From Macrostomum lignano (lineage: Eukaryota): DNA of 64,000 nt. Shown here one piece after another: positions 41,901 to 53,899 of the stretch. Each line of letters opens with the position of its first letter. The stretch's first letter is position 1. The stretch spans positions 334,298-398,297 of the forward strand of contig NIVC01000757.1 of the NCBI GenBank assembly GCA_002269645.1, in the 5' to 3' direction. The translations under genes were made by a program, and so were the position numbers. The notes beneath the pieces were generated by a model that searched no databases, was not told where the DNA came from, and saw nothing but the letters and a program-made list of their open reading frames with translations.

Positions 41901-44900
41901 GATTTTTTCGTTGCTCCTGCCGCTTATATTGTTGATACTCCAGCTGTTCAAGTTTGTTTTAGTTGGCAAAGCTCAAGGAGCTAATGACAGAGACGCTGCT
42001 GGAGGTAACCACCAGCTTGATGACCGAGGTGGCCCAGGAGGTGCTCGGCAACAACTCCAAGCGCGGAAATCGAGGTCAGGAATCAGTTCTAATTGCATGT
42101 TTGCTTGTTTCATTTATTGTTTGTCTATCTCAATGATGAATTTCGGACTCATCTAGGGAGTAAAATGAATAAAACCGGGCCAGCGATTTGAAAACAAGAC
42201 TGACACAACTTCTTACCTGCCTAACAAAGTATCCAGCTCCATCAAGCAGCTGTAATCCATGTAGTTATTTTTGCATTCCCTTTATCTGTGTGACGCTTTG
42301 TGTGTTGTCCACGTAGATTTTTTATTTAACAAGAGCAGAGAAAAGTTGGGATTTCATTTAATTAGCGAGCATCACAGATACTATAGAATAAATTGATGGC
42401 CACTCAGCACCTTTGCAGGTAAGCTACTTTCAGTTCAGTAGTAAGTTAAACTGAAGCATTTTAATGTATTTTAAAGCCAAGGCTCATTTATTGGCTCTCC
42501 CAAGCTTAAACCCTCTAACCGCGCCTTTCCACACTACCCCGCCCTATTTTTTATTGCTTTTCTCGGAATTCCAGCCTAAAGCTGCCATGTACATTTCAGT
42601 GGACTGGCTAATGTACATTATTGCTGAACCAATTAGCAAGTTGTTTACGCCTGCAAGCTGGGCTTCTAAACTTATCAAAATCATTTCAGCCTTCTTTATT
42701 TTTATAAAATAGCTTATGTATTCTTCTTTGCTACTGAACTGAAAGTAGAAAATGCTTTACTAAGTATATGTGCCTGAGTGGCCCATCTAGTCATTTTATT
42801 ATCTGTGGCGAGCACAAGAAGTTTATCTGTTACTTCATTATAACTTTTCGTTTGAGCTTTATTGCGATTGGCAAGAATCGATCGTCATAATTCTGGTTAA
42901 TTGGAGCATGCTTTATCGTGACAGATGGAATCTCCCACCTTGTGTTTGCATTATTATTGTGCTTCTAACTGGCATTTGACCTACTAGCTAATGGCTTGAA
43001 AAGATCAGCGCACAAGCTCATCAGAATCAGCGAATACGATTTCAGTCATCCATGATTGCATTTGTAATAATAATTCTATAACTTCGCAGCAGCTGAAGGC
43101 GAGAAGGTGTCCGGGAATTATAGCAGGCCTAGTGCTGCTGCTACCTCTCGGCCTAAACTGGGTAAGTGCTGCTTGGGATTGATTCTGTTTTGAAACACTA
43201 CTTTTATTAGTCTAACTGCATATTTTGTCAGACTCTACTAAAAAACAGAATTGAATAAATCGAGAGGCGTAATGGATTCCTTCCTTAATGACAACTATTT
43301 TTGCTGCGCTTAAAGGAAGCAACATTGGCAACATATACATTTTGAAATCTGTATCGGACGCCGCCCTTTTGTGTTCGAATTTAGGACTTCCATCAGACTT
43401 ATCTGATTAGGGTTTAGGGATTTGTAAATATTTAGCTTTCTGTTTTAAATATCTTGTTCAAAATATGAGTACGAGGGTTTTTCATAAGTTCGCAGAAAAA
43501 ATGGCTGTAGTTAAATCAAGTAGTGCTCAATCTAAACCTGTTAAAAGTTACCGTGACAAGAGTCGTTAAATATGACGCAGATGCGCTTTAGACGCAATTC
43601 AGTGATTCTACAGCAACTCTGGCACGTCTCAGTTACGACTCTACGGTCCCAGAGTCACTTTCGTCGCACCACACTCGTTTCATAGGCAGACGATTAAACG
43701 GCTAAAATTGACGCTTAAAGCGAATCTTTGACAACTTGTCGGCGACTTGCACTGCGACATCTCGTCGTCGTTTAAGAGTCGCTTCTTTCCTATTCTTACC
43801 TGTGTTACCTTCAACGACTCTGAAAGCTACTCCAGGATGGCGCAAAATGACTAAGACGCTTTTTGGCCTGGGTGCCGTTTTCTCCGGAAAAACTCCGGGT
43901 CACACTTCTCTACGTCCACGCAGTAGTTCCTTCATCTTTAGCAACAGCAGCCAGTAATTGATGACAGACAGATTCGGCGAATAGGGTAGGTGTCGTACCA
44001 GCTTGAATTGCAAGTGTCTAATAGTGCTTGCAGTTTCACGACAGGTGGGCAGCTTGCGTGTGAAAATCTGTCAGTAGCTTTGGCACGCCGCGAGCAACGA
44101 TTCGCATCATTCCCAGCTGCTCCACGGCAGTGCGGTGGTCTCTCTTCATTGAAATGTCTAAGATACAAGCGTGGTTTTAGAGGTGAAGAAAATGTAAAAT
44201 TGCCTCAATTTTAACAACAAGTTAACAGCTGTTTTAATTAATTGTCAACTGAATCCTGATTCTGCAACTAGAATGCAAATTTGTTTTAATAGTGTGTGAA
44301 TCGATAGCACACAGATATATTTGTTATCTTACATTTTCAGTCTTCTCAAGTCCAATGCAACGACTTGCAAAGCATTTTTTACAGCTGACATAAAATAGTG
44401 CCCTTAAGCTCTTGCTTTCTGCTCTTCCGTTTAAGCGCAGCAAATATTGTCAAGGGCTGAGAAAATATTTACCCTCTTGTGCAATAGTTTAATGTTAATT
44501 ATCAGTTGTTATAGTTTTTGTCAACAAACCCAGCAGCTCAGGATGTTCAACTGGCGGTTAGGCGTTATTCGCATTTCTATTAGTTGTAAATATTTTTACA
44601 AATAAATTTTTGTTGAATTCCGTAAGTGGGTAAGTGAGCTTTCAGCAGGCTTGCACACATGTTATAATCGTATCAATCTATCGAGAAACCGCTTCATTTG
44701 CTGTATGTCCAGCTGGTATGTATGGAGTGTATACAGTAAGGTCTAAGTTTATCAAGTGTAATTGAGTCAATCCGTTGTATGACTGTTGACCTCTTGTTGA
44801 TCTATTCAACGTGTCAGACATTGTGTATCTTTCTTCAAAAATTCATAATAATTTAGCTGTTGGTAACCGGGGTTAGAAATATGATTAACTGATATAGGTA

Positions 44901-46634
44901 GGCATCTGCCAATCAAGTTCTTCCTGGATAATCATGTATTATAGTCTGCAATCGAAATAACCCTCATTAAGTATATTGTCTGTAATTACTTCGTACCAGA
45001 TGCCATAAAAGTTATTTTTATGACTTCTCGTGCGTTTTTTACCTCTTTCGTTAACACGTACCTGCTGGATTGAGAATTTCATATTTTTGGCTCAGAATAC
45101 ATATTATTCCAAAACTTCCCGGGCACATAATTTTACTCTATTGGAGTAGGTGTTCAAACACCAGTAAACATGGACCCTTGCAAAGGAAATACTTTGCATG
45201 AAAGTAATTAAATTTTTCATATTTGTTACGCAAAATTTTGCTCGTTGATAGAGAATCTAACGCAGGACTGCAGGCCAGAGAGAGGAGAGTGGAGGGGAGA
45301 GAAGAGAAGAGAGGAGAGAGTTGAGAAGGTAGCGAAGGAGAAAAGGGGAGAGAAGAGAGAGGGGATTGCTATTGTGAAGTTTCAAAGGATCCGAGGCCGA
45401 ATAGAGGCTTTGTGGGCCGGAGTTGGCCGACCCATGAATTACAGTATAGGCAGTGGAATTTTCGGCAACATTAGTTGGATGTCTTGTCTAGCAATTTGTG
45501 CAAAAGCCTTCAACACGGCTTATCCAGTTCTGAGGCCAACTGTAGGTGTTAAGCACTGTCGCGTTCACATCACAATTGCACACGCGCATGTAGGCCTCGA
45601 TCAGTACGGCGATGAAGACGACGACGACTCCTCCGAGGTGAACAGCAATTCGGAGCCGTTCGAATCATCTGCCCGTCGGCGTCAACGCCAGTCGTCAAGG
45701 TCCCGATCTCGCCACAGTCCTGCTAGCGAATCGGGCGCTGAATTAGACAGAGTGGCCACAGTTAGAGCTGAGAGAATCTCTAGCCGTTCAAGAGGCGACT
45801 ATAATAGCGGAGGTGAGAGACCTAACCAACTGCGCAGTATGTGCACCTCGTGTGCGCGTGTGCCTGCGTACGTATCGGTGTCTATCTCCAAAAAACATAA
45901 AATGGCGTTCGTTTTTTGTTTTTATGTTTCCCAATTTTTTTACCAAAGTTTTCGATTAATTTTGTTTTGCAGACCGCTCGGCTGCCTCGGTCAGTCCTGC
46001 TCGCGAGCAAAGACAGTCACAGCAGCAGCAGCAGCAGCCGGTAACCATGACAACAGCTGGCTCTGGCCATCAAAACAGACGCGGCAGTCGCAGTCCCGAA
46101 ACTCTGTCGACCACTGCTAAACAGTCCGGAAGAGGCGGCAGCCGCGGCGGACACGGAGATCGATATCGGCCAGGATCGAGACGATCTCGCTCGCGGCATA
46201 GGTCAAGGTCAAGGTCGAGAAGGTCAAAGTCCAGGTCGAAGTCAAAGTCGGAGTCTCATAAACGTTCGAGACGCCGATCTTCTCGTTCTAAAGAACGGGA
46301 GAGGACGCGCGACCGAGACCGCGACCGAGAACGTGACCGTGACCGTGACCGAGACCGTGACCGTGAGCGCCGTCATGAACGTGAACGTGACCGTTCGCCC
46401 ATCAGTAAAGCCGTTGACTCAGACAGTCCAGAATGGATCGAGCAAAAGCAGCAATTGTCCGGCAATGCGGACGCGTCTGCTTCTAGTAGCAGCAAAAGTA
46501 AGAATAAAAGCAAGAAGCATCACAAGCGCAGCGGCAACAAAGACAAAGAGCATAAGCGTAGCAAAGAATCAAAGAGAAGTCGACGCGATTCCCCAGCTAA
46601 TAGCAGCAGTGATGACGATAGAAGTAATAGATAG
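39000..46634 (+). CDS. PNISR: Arginine/serine-rich PNN-interacting protein PNISR (SFRS18) orthologue
   Basis: Phase-consistent exons 39000-39836, 40315-40659, 41963-42074, 43090-43161, 45594-45812, 45973-46634. Motifs VDWAELARQW, LPAWLRDGL, LMTETLLEVT, GLDQYGDED; C-terminal RS/RD domain. Confidence 0.88.
41205..41770 (+). repeat. 20-bp tandem array TTTCCCAAAGCTGGTTGGGG in PNISR intron 2
   Basis: Direct inspection. Confidence 0.95.
42373..42807. mobile_element. MITE copy 2 (same family as 35704-36148, opposite orientation)
   Basis: Ends CACAGATA...TATCTGTG. Flanks GCGAGCAT / GCGAGCAC (7 of 8 match). Body is the diverged reverse complement of copy 1. Confidence 0.85.
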
Positions 46635-46989
46635 AACTTTCTCAGTTAAGGAAAAAATAAACAAGAGTTTTCCTGTTACTGCCTTTGTTAGAAAACCCCA
46701 CTTAATTTAAAATTGATGCGATAAACTTTCGGTAGCGCAGCGCTTGATTATTATTCAACTATTTTCCGTGTTTTTGTTTGGCTAAATTTAGTCATTACTC
46801 TGGTCCAAGACTATTGTTAATGTTTTTTTCTTAAAGTTCAACCGAAATAGTCTTGTGTGGCGTCTCTTAGCTTTTTGCTTAGAGGTTTTGCATTATAATT
46901 AATTTTAATTATTAAGTTTGTTGGATCGAAAACAAATTAGGTGGCTGCCGTGTGATGTTGGGTTGTAGCTTAAATGCTAGAAAACGGGC

Positions 46990-47402
46990 TGGTGGTCGTG
47001 TGATTGCGGGGTGCAGTTCTAGCCTAAACTTGAGAAAATGGGGTGGTGGTCGTGTGATTGCGGGGTGCAGTTCTAGCCTAAACTTGAGAAAATGGGGTGG
47101 TGGTCGTGTGATTGCGGGGTGCAGTTCTAGCCTAAACTTGAGAAAATGGGGTGGTGGTCGTGTGATTGCCGGGTGCAGTTCTAGCCTAAACTTGAGAAAA
47201 TGGGGTGGTGGTCGTGTGATTGCGGGGTGTGCAGTTCTAGCCTAAACTTGAGAAAATGGGGTGGTGGTCGTGTGATTGCTGGGTGCAGTTCTAGCCTAAA
47301 CTTGAGAAAATGGGGTGGTGGTCGTGTGATTGCGGGGTGCAGTTCTAGCCTAAACTTGAGAAAATGGGGTGGTGGTCGCGTGATTGCGGGGTGCAGTTCT
47401 AG
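46990..47402 (+). repeat. 54-bp tandem array, ~7-8 copies
   Basis: Unit GGTGGTCGTGTGATTGCGGGGTGCAGTTCTAGCCTAAACTTGAGAAAATGGGGT. Confidence 0.95.
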
Positions 47403-48124
47403 CTTTGTCTTTTGGCAATGAAATCATGCCAGTTACAATAATTTAGTTGAATATAAATATGCAGCGGCTTCGTCGTAGAAAATCGGATGAGTGTCTTATC
47501 CGTGTCTCTCCCAACACCTGATGCAAATATATGCTACGCCGGTAACTGCAGTAGAAAACATTTCTTTTATATATTTTCCATAAAAGTCATGATATTATGG
47601 TAGTTTTCTATTCTATTTATTCACATATACTAAATCTAATTCTTATTGCTTTAATTGCGGTAAAACGCACTATTGTCATTATGTATATTTTGAACTTTAT
47701 TGCATATTGAAATGTTGTTATTATTTGCACAAAAAACTGTTTGTTGACACCATTTGCCGATCAATATTGCTCGCGTCTCAATTTCAATTGTACGTGCTCT
47801 ATGCAGTAATATTTAGTAATAAATTTTCCCTGCGACTGCTTTCTGTGCTGTCTTTGCCTCTCCTAGCAGGAGTTGGAATAGGAAAAACTTCAGTAAGCGG
47901 ATAAATTTCTCCATTTTAAAATTATTTTGACCTTCGACCGGATATACCTTTAGGGCATTCAGACAGCTCCGGTCTAAAATCTTTATAAAGCTGGTTTACA
48001 ATTCATTGCTAGCAAAATAATAAAATCTTGCCGTCGTGTTTTAAATTTAGATTGACGAAAATCCGGCAAGCCTGCAACTTGAGTAAATTCCATTTGTAGT
48101 GTCCGTGTGCCTAATAATAATAGA

Positions 48125-48391
48125 TTACACCTGCCCCAGTTGGGCCAGATGTGCAACCGACAGCTCAGCCGCAGCTATTGCGCGGCATCTGAAGACTGCG
48201 TACGGCTGTTCAGTCCAAGGACTGGGGGGTCGCCAGACACCCTCAATTACCCCAGCTTATGCTGGCGCCCATTTTACAGCTGGGTGAACTGAAGCAGTGC
48301 AGAGTCAAGTGTCTTGCTCAAGGACACATTGTTCCAGTTGGGATCGTGAATCGAACCCCCGACTTTCAAGTCACGAATCCGACGCTCTAAC
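48125..48391 (-). mobile_element. tRNA-derived SINE (5' tip displaced to ~49391-49412 by MITE insertion)
   Basis: Minus strand: B box GGTTCGATTC (48348-48357), A box AGTGGTTAGAGC split by the insertion, and core-like GTGTCCTTGAGCAAGACACTT..CACCCAGCTGTAAAATGGG. Confidence 0.82.
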
Positions 48392-49390
48392 CAGGGGTCA
48401 GCAAAGTTTTTTAATCAAGGGCCAGATAAGGAATCCAGCTCATGGCTGCGGGACAGGTGAGAGAAGAGAAGGAAATAGAAGATGACAGATGGGATGAAAC
48501 GAGAGAAGAGGGGAAAGAGGGAATAGCGGGGAGAGAGAAAAGAGGATAGGGGAGAGAAGAGAAAAGAGGATAGGGGAGAGAAGAAAAAGTGGATAGGGGA
48601 GTGAAGAGAAAAGAGGATAGGGGAGAGAAGAGAAAAGAGGATAGGGGAGAGAAGAGAAAAGAGGATAGGGGAGTGAAGAGAAAAGAGGATAGGGGAGAGA
48701 AGAGAAAAGAGGATAGGGGAGAGAAGAGAAAAGAGGATAGGGGAGTGAAGAGAAAAGAGGATAGGGGAGAGAAGAGAAAAAGAGGATAGGGGAGTGAAGA
48801 GAAAAGAGGATAGGGGAGAGAAGAGAAAAGAGGATAGGGGAGAGAAGAGAAAAGAGGATAGGGGAGAGAAGAGAAAAGAGGATAGGGGAGAGAAGAGAAA
48901 AGAGGATAGGGGAGTGAAGAGAAAAGAGGATAGGGGAGAGAAGAGAAAAGAGGATAGGGGAGTGAAGAGAAAAGAGGATAGGGGAGAGAAGAGAAAAGAG
49001 GATAGGGGAGAGAAGAGAAAAGAGGATAGGGGAGAGAAGAGAAAAGAGGATAGGGGAGAGAAGAGAAAAGAGGATAGGGGAGAGAAGAGAAAAGAGGATA
49101 GGGAGAGAAGAGAAAAGAGGATAGGGGAGAGAAGAGAAAAGAGGATAGGGGAGAGAAGAGAAAAGAGGATAGGGGAGAGAAGAGAAAAGAGGATAGGGGA
49201 GAGAAGAGAAAAGAGGATAGGGGAGAGAAGAGAAAAGAGGATAGGGGAGAGAAGAGAAAAGAGGATAGGGGAGAGAAGAGAAAAGAGGATAGGGGAGAGA
49301 AGAGAAAAGAGGATAGGGGAGAGAAGAGAAAAGAGAGATTGCTATTTTGAAATTTTAAAGTACCCGAGGGCCGGAGGTTGCTGACCCCTG
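48392..49390. mobile_element. hAT-type MITE carrying a 24-bp purine satellite
   Basis: TIR CAGGGGTCAGCAA / TTGCTGACCCCTG. Duplicated CTCTAAC on both sides. Internal array of AGAGGATAGGGGAGAGAAGAGAAA at ~48537-49335. Confidence 0.85.
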
Positions 49391-49462
49391 CTCTAACCAC
49401 TAGGGTCTAGGCTGTTCTTCAGCCTGCATTGCATTGACTGCTCTTAACTTTTAACTCAACTA

Positions 49463-49645
49463 TGCATTGCTTCAGTTCACCCAGCTGTAAAATGGGTGCC
49501 AGCATTAGCTGGGGTAATTGAGGGTGTGTGCATGGCGACCCCCCAGTCCTTGGACTGAACAGCCGTACGCAGTCTTCAGATGCGCCGCGCAATAGCTGCG
49601 GCTGAGCTGTCGGTTGCACATCTGGCCCAACTGGGGCAGGTGTAA
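49463..49645 (+). mobile_element. Second, headless copy of the same SINE, inverted relative to the first
   Basis: Near-identical reverse complement of 48125-48301. Confidence 0.88.
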
Positions 49646-50869
49646 TTAATTAATATTATGACCCCGTGCGCCTAGCATAAACAACGTATCTCATAATGAC
49701 GCTGGAGATACTTCAAATTCTAAAGCGCAGCTGTTCGAAATCCGCTCGGAAAGCATCGACTTAAAAAGGAGCGGAATATCCGAGGGATAGAAAATCTAGA
49801 AAAATCAGTCCTTGGACTTTATCGAGGATGCGAAGTGACTTTACTGTTTTCTGTTTATAAATTCTACGCGTAGCTAGAGTAATCGTGGCTAGAGTGCTGA
49901 GTTTCTTATTAAGCCATTGATGAGCTATCGTTCATGTAGCTGGATGCTAATATTTATGCCATTTTCTATTTGCTTCGTTCCGTTGCGACGAAGTATGACA
50001 ATACAAGCAGTTTCTTCGCTAGCTATGGCATGGATAGCATTCCATCGGGCTCAGTAAGACAATGATTCTTCTGTCTAAAATCGCTTTCCCTTCGACTTCA
50101 AATTTATCTCCGGTATTTATGCCACTGGTAATCATGAGGTTAATTGTTCGAAGCTTTCTATGCTCTGTATGCATATTCATTAGTCCAATGGGATAATAAT
50201 TAGCAAACAGCCACGGAACACCTACGCAACTAAGAACTACCCTAATTACTTTTATTAATTTTATGCATAAAAATAGTAGCTAATAGTCAAGACACTCAAG
50301 AGCGGGCCTCGAGTCTGTCCTAAGAACGTACTAGGAGCTGCGAAATTTTTGGCTGTTAGGATGACAGCGTACAAGCGATTCTGGGGCAAGTCTTGTAATT
50401 TTTTAACCATTCAAACAACTGCAATGCGATTGTGAGGCGACTGTTGAGTCACGAGCGCGTCACGTGAGTTGCAGAATCGTAAAAGAGTCTCGAAAAAGTC
50501 GTCCAAGAGCCGTTGTGTTAGCGCTTAACTTTCTACTGACTCAAGTAGACTAGCTAAATAGAGGTGCTCTAAATGCGAAATGCGGTTCTAATTCATCAAG
50601 TGACGCAGATGCAAAGCTTTAGACGCAACTCAGTGACTCCACAGTGACTCTAGAGTCGTTTTAGAGTCGTAGACAATAAAATGCCTCAAAGTGACTCTTT
50701 TTGGCGACTTGTACCGTGACAACTCATCGTTCTCGAGTCGTCTAGAGTCACTTTACTCTTTTTCACCCGTGTATATCTAAAAATGTCTCTGGGTGGCGTG
50801 ACTTTGGGACGCTGTTTGAATTGGGTACCGTTTTCATAGTGTGCTGCTGGGGGTTGGCGCAGACACGTA

Positions 50870-51485
50870 ACGAGGTTGGAGTGCAATATCGGGCACAACA
50901 ACAAAATACGCGACCCCGCATGCACACAGTCACGGTTAGAGCAGGGCGCGTCAGATGGCGCGCCGCAGAGCCTGGGAGCGAACATTAAAGTCCGCTCCGT
51001 TGGCAGTGTCGGGCGCCCCAGCGTCGCACAGCAGGCAGTCCACGTATCGACGGTTTCGGGCCTGACCCCGCCTGAACGGGCCCTGCAAGGTGAGCAGCAG
51101 GACGTCCTGAACAGGTTGGGGGCAGTTGCCCTCGGCCCGGATCACGTGACCCGCCAGTTGAAGTCGCCGCCGGCGCAGAATGATGGACGGGCGCTGCAGC
51201 TTGGCCCGATCGTACAGGGCCTCGGTCCCGACGCTCTCGTCAACTCGAAAGGCCGCACGGAGCAGCCCTGAGTGCGCTGAGTCCAGCTGCCGCTCTAGCG
51301 TAGCCGTCAGCGTCCACGTTTCGGCGTTGTAGAGCAGGACGGTTTCGACCACCGCCTGCCACAGCCGAGCCCTCTGGCGGTCGGGCAGCGCTTCGGACTG
51401 GAGGACGGCTCGGATCGAACGAAAGGCCGCCCAGGCAAGTCTTCTGCGCCGCCGGAGGTCCTCTTCCACCGTGGGGCACCAGACC
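50870..51485 (-). mobile_element. 5'-truncated RTE-clade LINE fragment (RT C-terminal region and 3' end)
   Basis: EEDLRRRRRLAWAAF..LWQAVVETVLLYNAETWTLT..RRRRLQLAGHVIR..RRGQ is typical of the RTE ORF2 C-terminus. Confidence 0.85.
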
Positions 51486-52396
51486 GTTAAATGTACGTCA
51501 ACATGTAGACACATGCAAACACTGAAAAATTCAAGACATGAAATGCATCCAATTTTATTTGCTATCAAATTCCAGAGCATTTTTCATAAAAACTTATTGA
51601 TTTGCCTTACGCGCAATCGTAACCCATCACGGAACGGGTAGCCCAACAGGGCAAGTTGGCCGTAATTACCTTTATTTATTGGTAAGGCAGTCTTGTTTAA
51701 ACAATCAGATATTTTGTTACAAAGTATAAGTTGCACTATTAGTCTACTAACTTATGAAAGTAAGACTGCATGCCCTGTGCTTGGATGAAAAACCCAATAT
51801 TGCAGTCCGCAATCACTTCATCAATACTTAGTTACCAGTATGCATAATTAAAATCGGTATTCGGAGAACGGAGTATTAATTTTGTGTGTCACTTACTGGT
51901 TTAGGTTGCAATTCAATATTGTGCTAAGTATAAGAAGCCGACTTTGCGATAGAGGTAAGGTACTGTAAAAGTTATCGATAAGCCTAAAGATTTTAACATC
52001 CCGATGATGCGATATGGAGAAAATAAATTTATTTGATTCGTGTCACATTTTACGTGCCAGTTTTCTGGATTGAACCTCTACATTTATTAATCAGAATGAG
52101 CGCACTTTTTTAATCTGTCTTGTGCGTGAATTGGAATAAAGTCCCATTCAGACATCTGCTCCTGTTCCAGATTCACTAGTCTAGGACTCCATGATGAAGC
52201 TCTCCTAATAGGCTGCTTGGCTTCGAGCAGGCTCAGGTTGATTGAGATTGGCTACAGCTTGCACGGGGGCGTCTCGCAGAACTCAGTGTACATATATGAG
52301 CCAGCATCTCAGAAGAAGATCCGCATCTTGCAGGTATAGAAATAGAGTTGTTAAAATATAAAACTGCAGTTTTCCTTCATTTCATAGCGGTAGGAA

Positions 52397-53899
52397 ATGT
52401 CCGGGAAGAACAATCATTCAATAGAGCTGGTGGTCATCATGACCTGCGGCATTGACAACGAGACCGCTGATGCCAATTCTACCAACAGCAGCTTAGATGC
52501 AAAAGTTGGCAATGCACCGCCGTCTTTCATCATGATTTATACGGCTGGCCTAATGATGCTGGCGGCTCTGAACATCGTCACAAACTTTTGCAGTTTGCTT
52601 CTGTTTCACCGGATTCTCACACGCTGCCAGATGCAGCTGGTGCACCTGCTGCAGGGACTGTGCTCAGCGGAGGTGGCCTTCAATGCCAGTCAGCTCATCT
52701 ATCAGACATTTATCTGGACCTACGGCCTGAGTCAACAGGAAATGGCTTCGCTGCAGGTAGGCCTCGCAAAATTGTATTGTTCTGCTGTTGCTGAAGGAAG
52801 TAGTACAGCCAGCAAATTTGGCTGACTGTGGGACAGAAGTGTTTCCTCTTTACAAAGAGCTACTCGGAAATGACGTCGCTATTCCAGATCTTTTCCCAGT
52901 ATTTTAAAACAAGCTTGAAGCCACACAACATCACCATAGAAACATACGGAGCACATCTTCCTGATTAGCTCGTAAATGGAAAAATTAAAAAACTGAAAGC
53001 TAAAATTGGTCATCGGAGGGAAAACAAGCATAATTGGGCATTTACAAATCCTACAGGGTAAATGAATAATTAATGAACTTAACAACGTCGCCAAACGCCC
53101 ACAGGACGGCAAAATCATTGCTGGTGCATTCTGGGCCGCTCTGTTCCTCAGCCAAGGCTTCCTCAGCCTAAGAAACTGGTCGGTGGCCTTTCTATCTTTC
53201 GCCCGCTACCAGAAGATTCATTATCCGCACATTTCGCCAAGTCTGCTCGCTGTCCGTGGCGCCGTCACTTGGCACTGCATCTTGCTGCCAGTCTGCCTGT
53301 GCGTGAGTCTGCCGAAAATGTTGCAGTACAACGTCGTTGTGTGCTCAGACACTCTCCGGCTGAGTCAGCAGGCCACTTGGCTGAATGACTATAAAACTAT
53401 TAAACGCATCCTGGTGACTGCCAGCTACTTGGTGTCCACGCTGCTGCCGGTGTTGCTGGTGACGCTGAGCAACATCCGGGTGGTCCTCTTCCTGCGCCGG
53501 CGCCGCCAGCAGTTCAACGCCTCTAGGCCCGGTGTCAACAGTGCTCTCTGCCGGAATCGGACGGCCGACCGGCTGCTGCTGGTGCTCACGCTTGTGTTTC
53601 TCATCTGCGAGATGCCCGCAAGCTTTGCTGGACTGCTGGGAAGCTCGCTACCCAATCAGGCCGCCCGTCACCTGGTCCACGTGGCGCACCTGGCCACAAT
53701 GCTGGACTCCAGTCTGAATCTGGCTATCTACCTGCTGTCGCACAAGGTCCAATGCTTCACTATCTGTAAGTCAAAGCAGCCATCGGATATTCGCACTCCG
53801 ATTAACGACGGCAACGAGGATGTGGCCGCGGAAGATTTTGAACTGCAAGCTCTGCAGGCTGAGCCAGAAGGCGGCACAGATGAAAGAAACAATGTTTGA
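52397..53899 (+). CDS. Rhodopsin-class (family A) GPCR, FMRFamide/srw-type peptide-receptor-like
   Basis: Exons 52397-52756 and 53105-53899 (phase 0). N-glycosylation sites (NST, NSS) and seven hydrophobic segments. TM3 LRNWSVAFLSFARY, TM6 LVFLICEMP, TM7 LDSSLNLAIY. Confidence 0.85.

Noticed and set aside
35095-42807. Single large inverted duplication explaining both inverted repeat pairs
   Set aside because: The order is repeat-MITE...repeat-MITE rather than mirror-symmetric, and each MITE has its own TSD, so these are independent insertions.
45245-45593. Upstream extension of the 291-aa ORF as an alternative PNISR start
   Set aside because: It begins at a non-ATG codon in purine-rich intronic sequence; a phase-correct acceptor at 45593 explains the coding part.
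48340-48391. Functional tRNA gene on the minus strand
   Set aside because: The A box is interrupted, the acceptor and anticodon stems pair poorly, and it continues into SINE body sequence.
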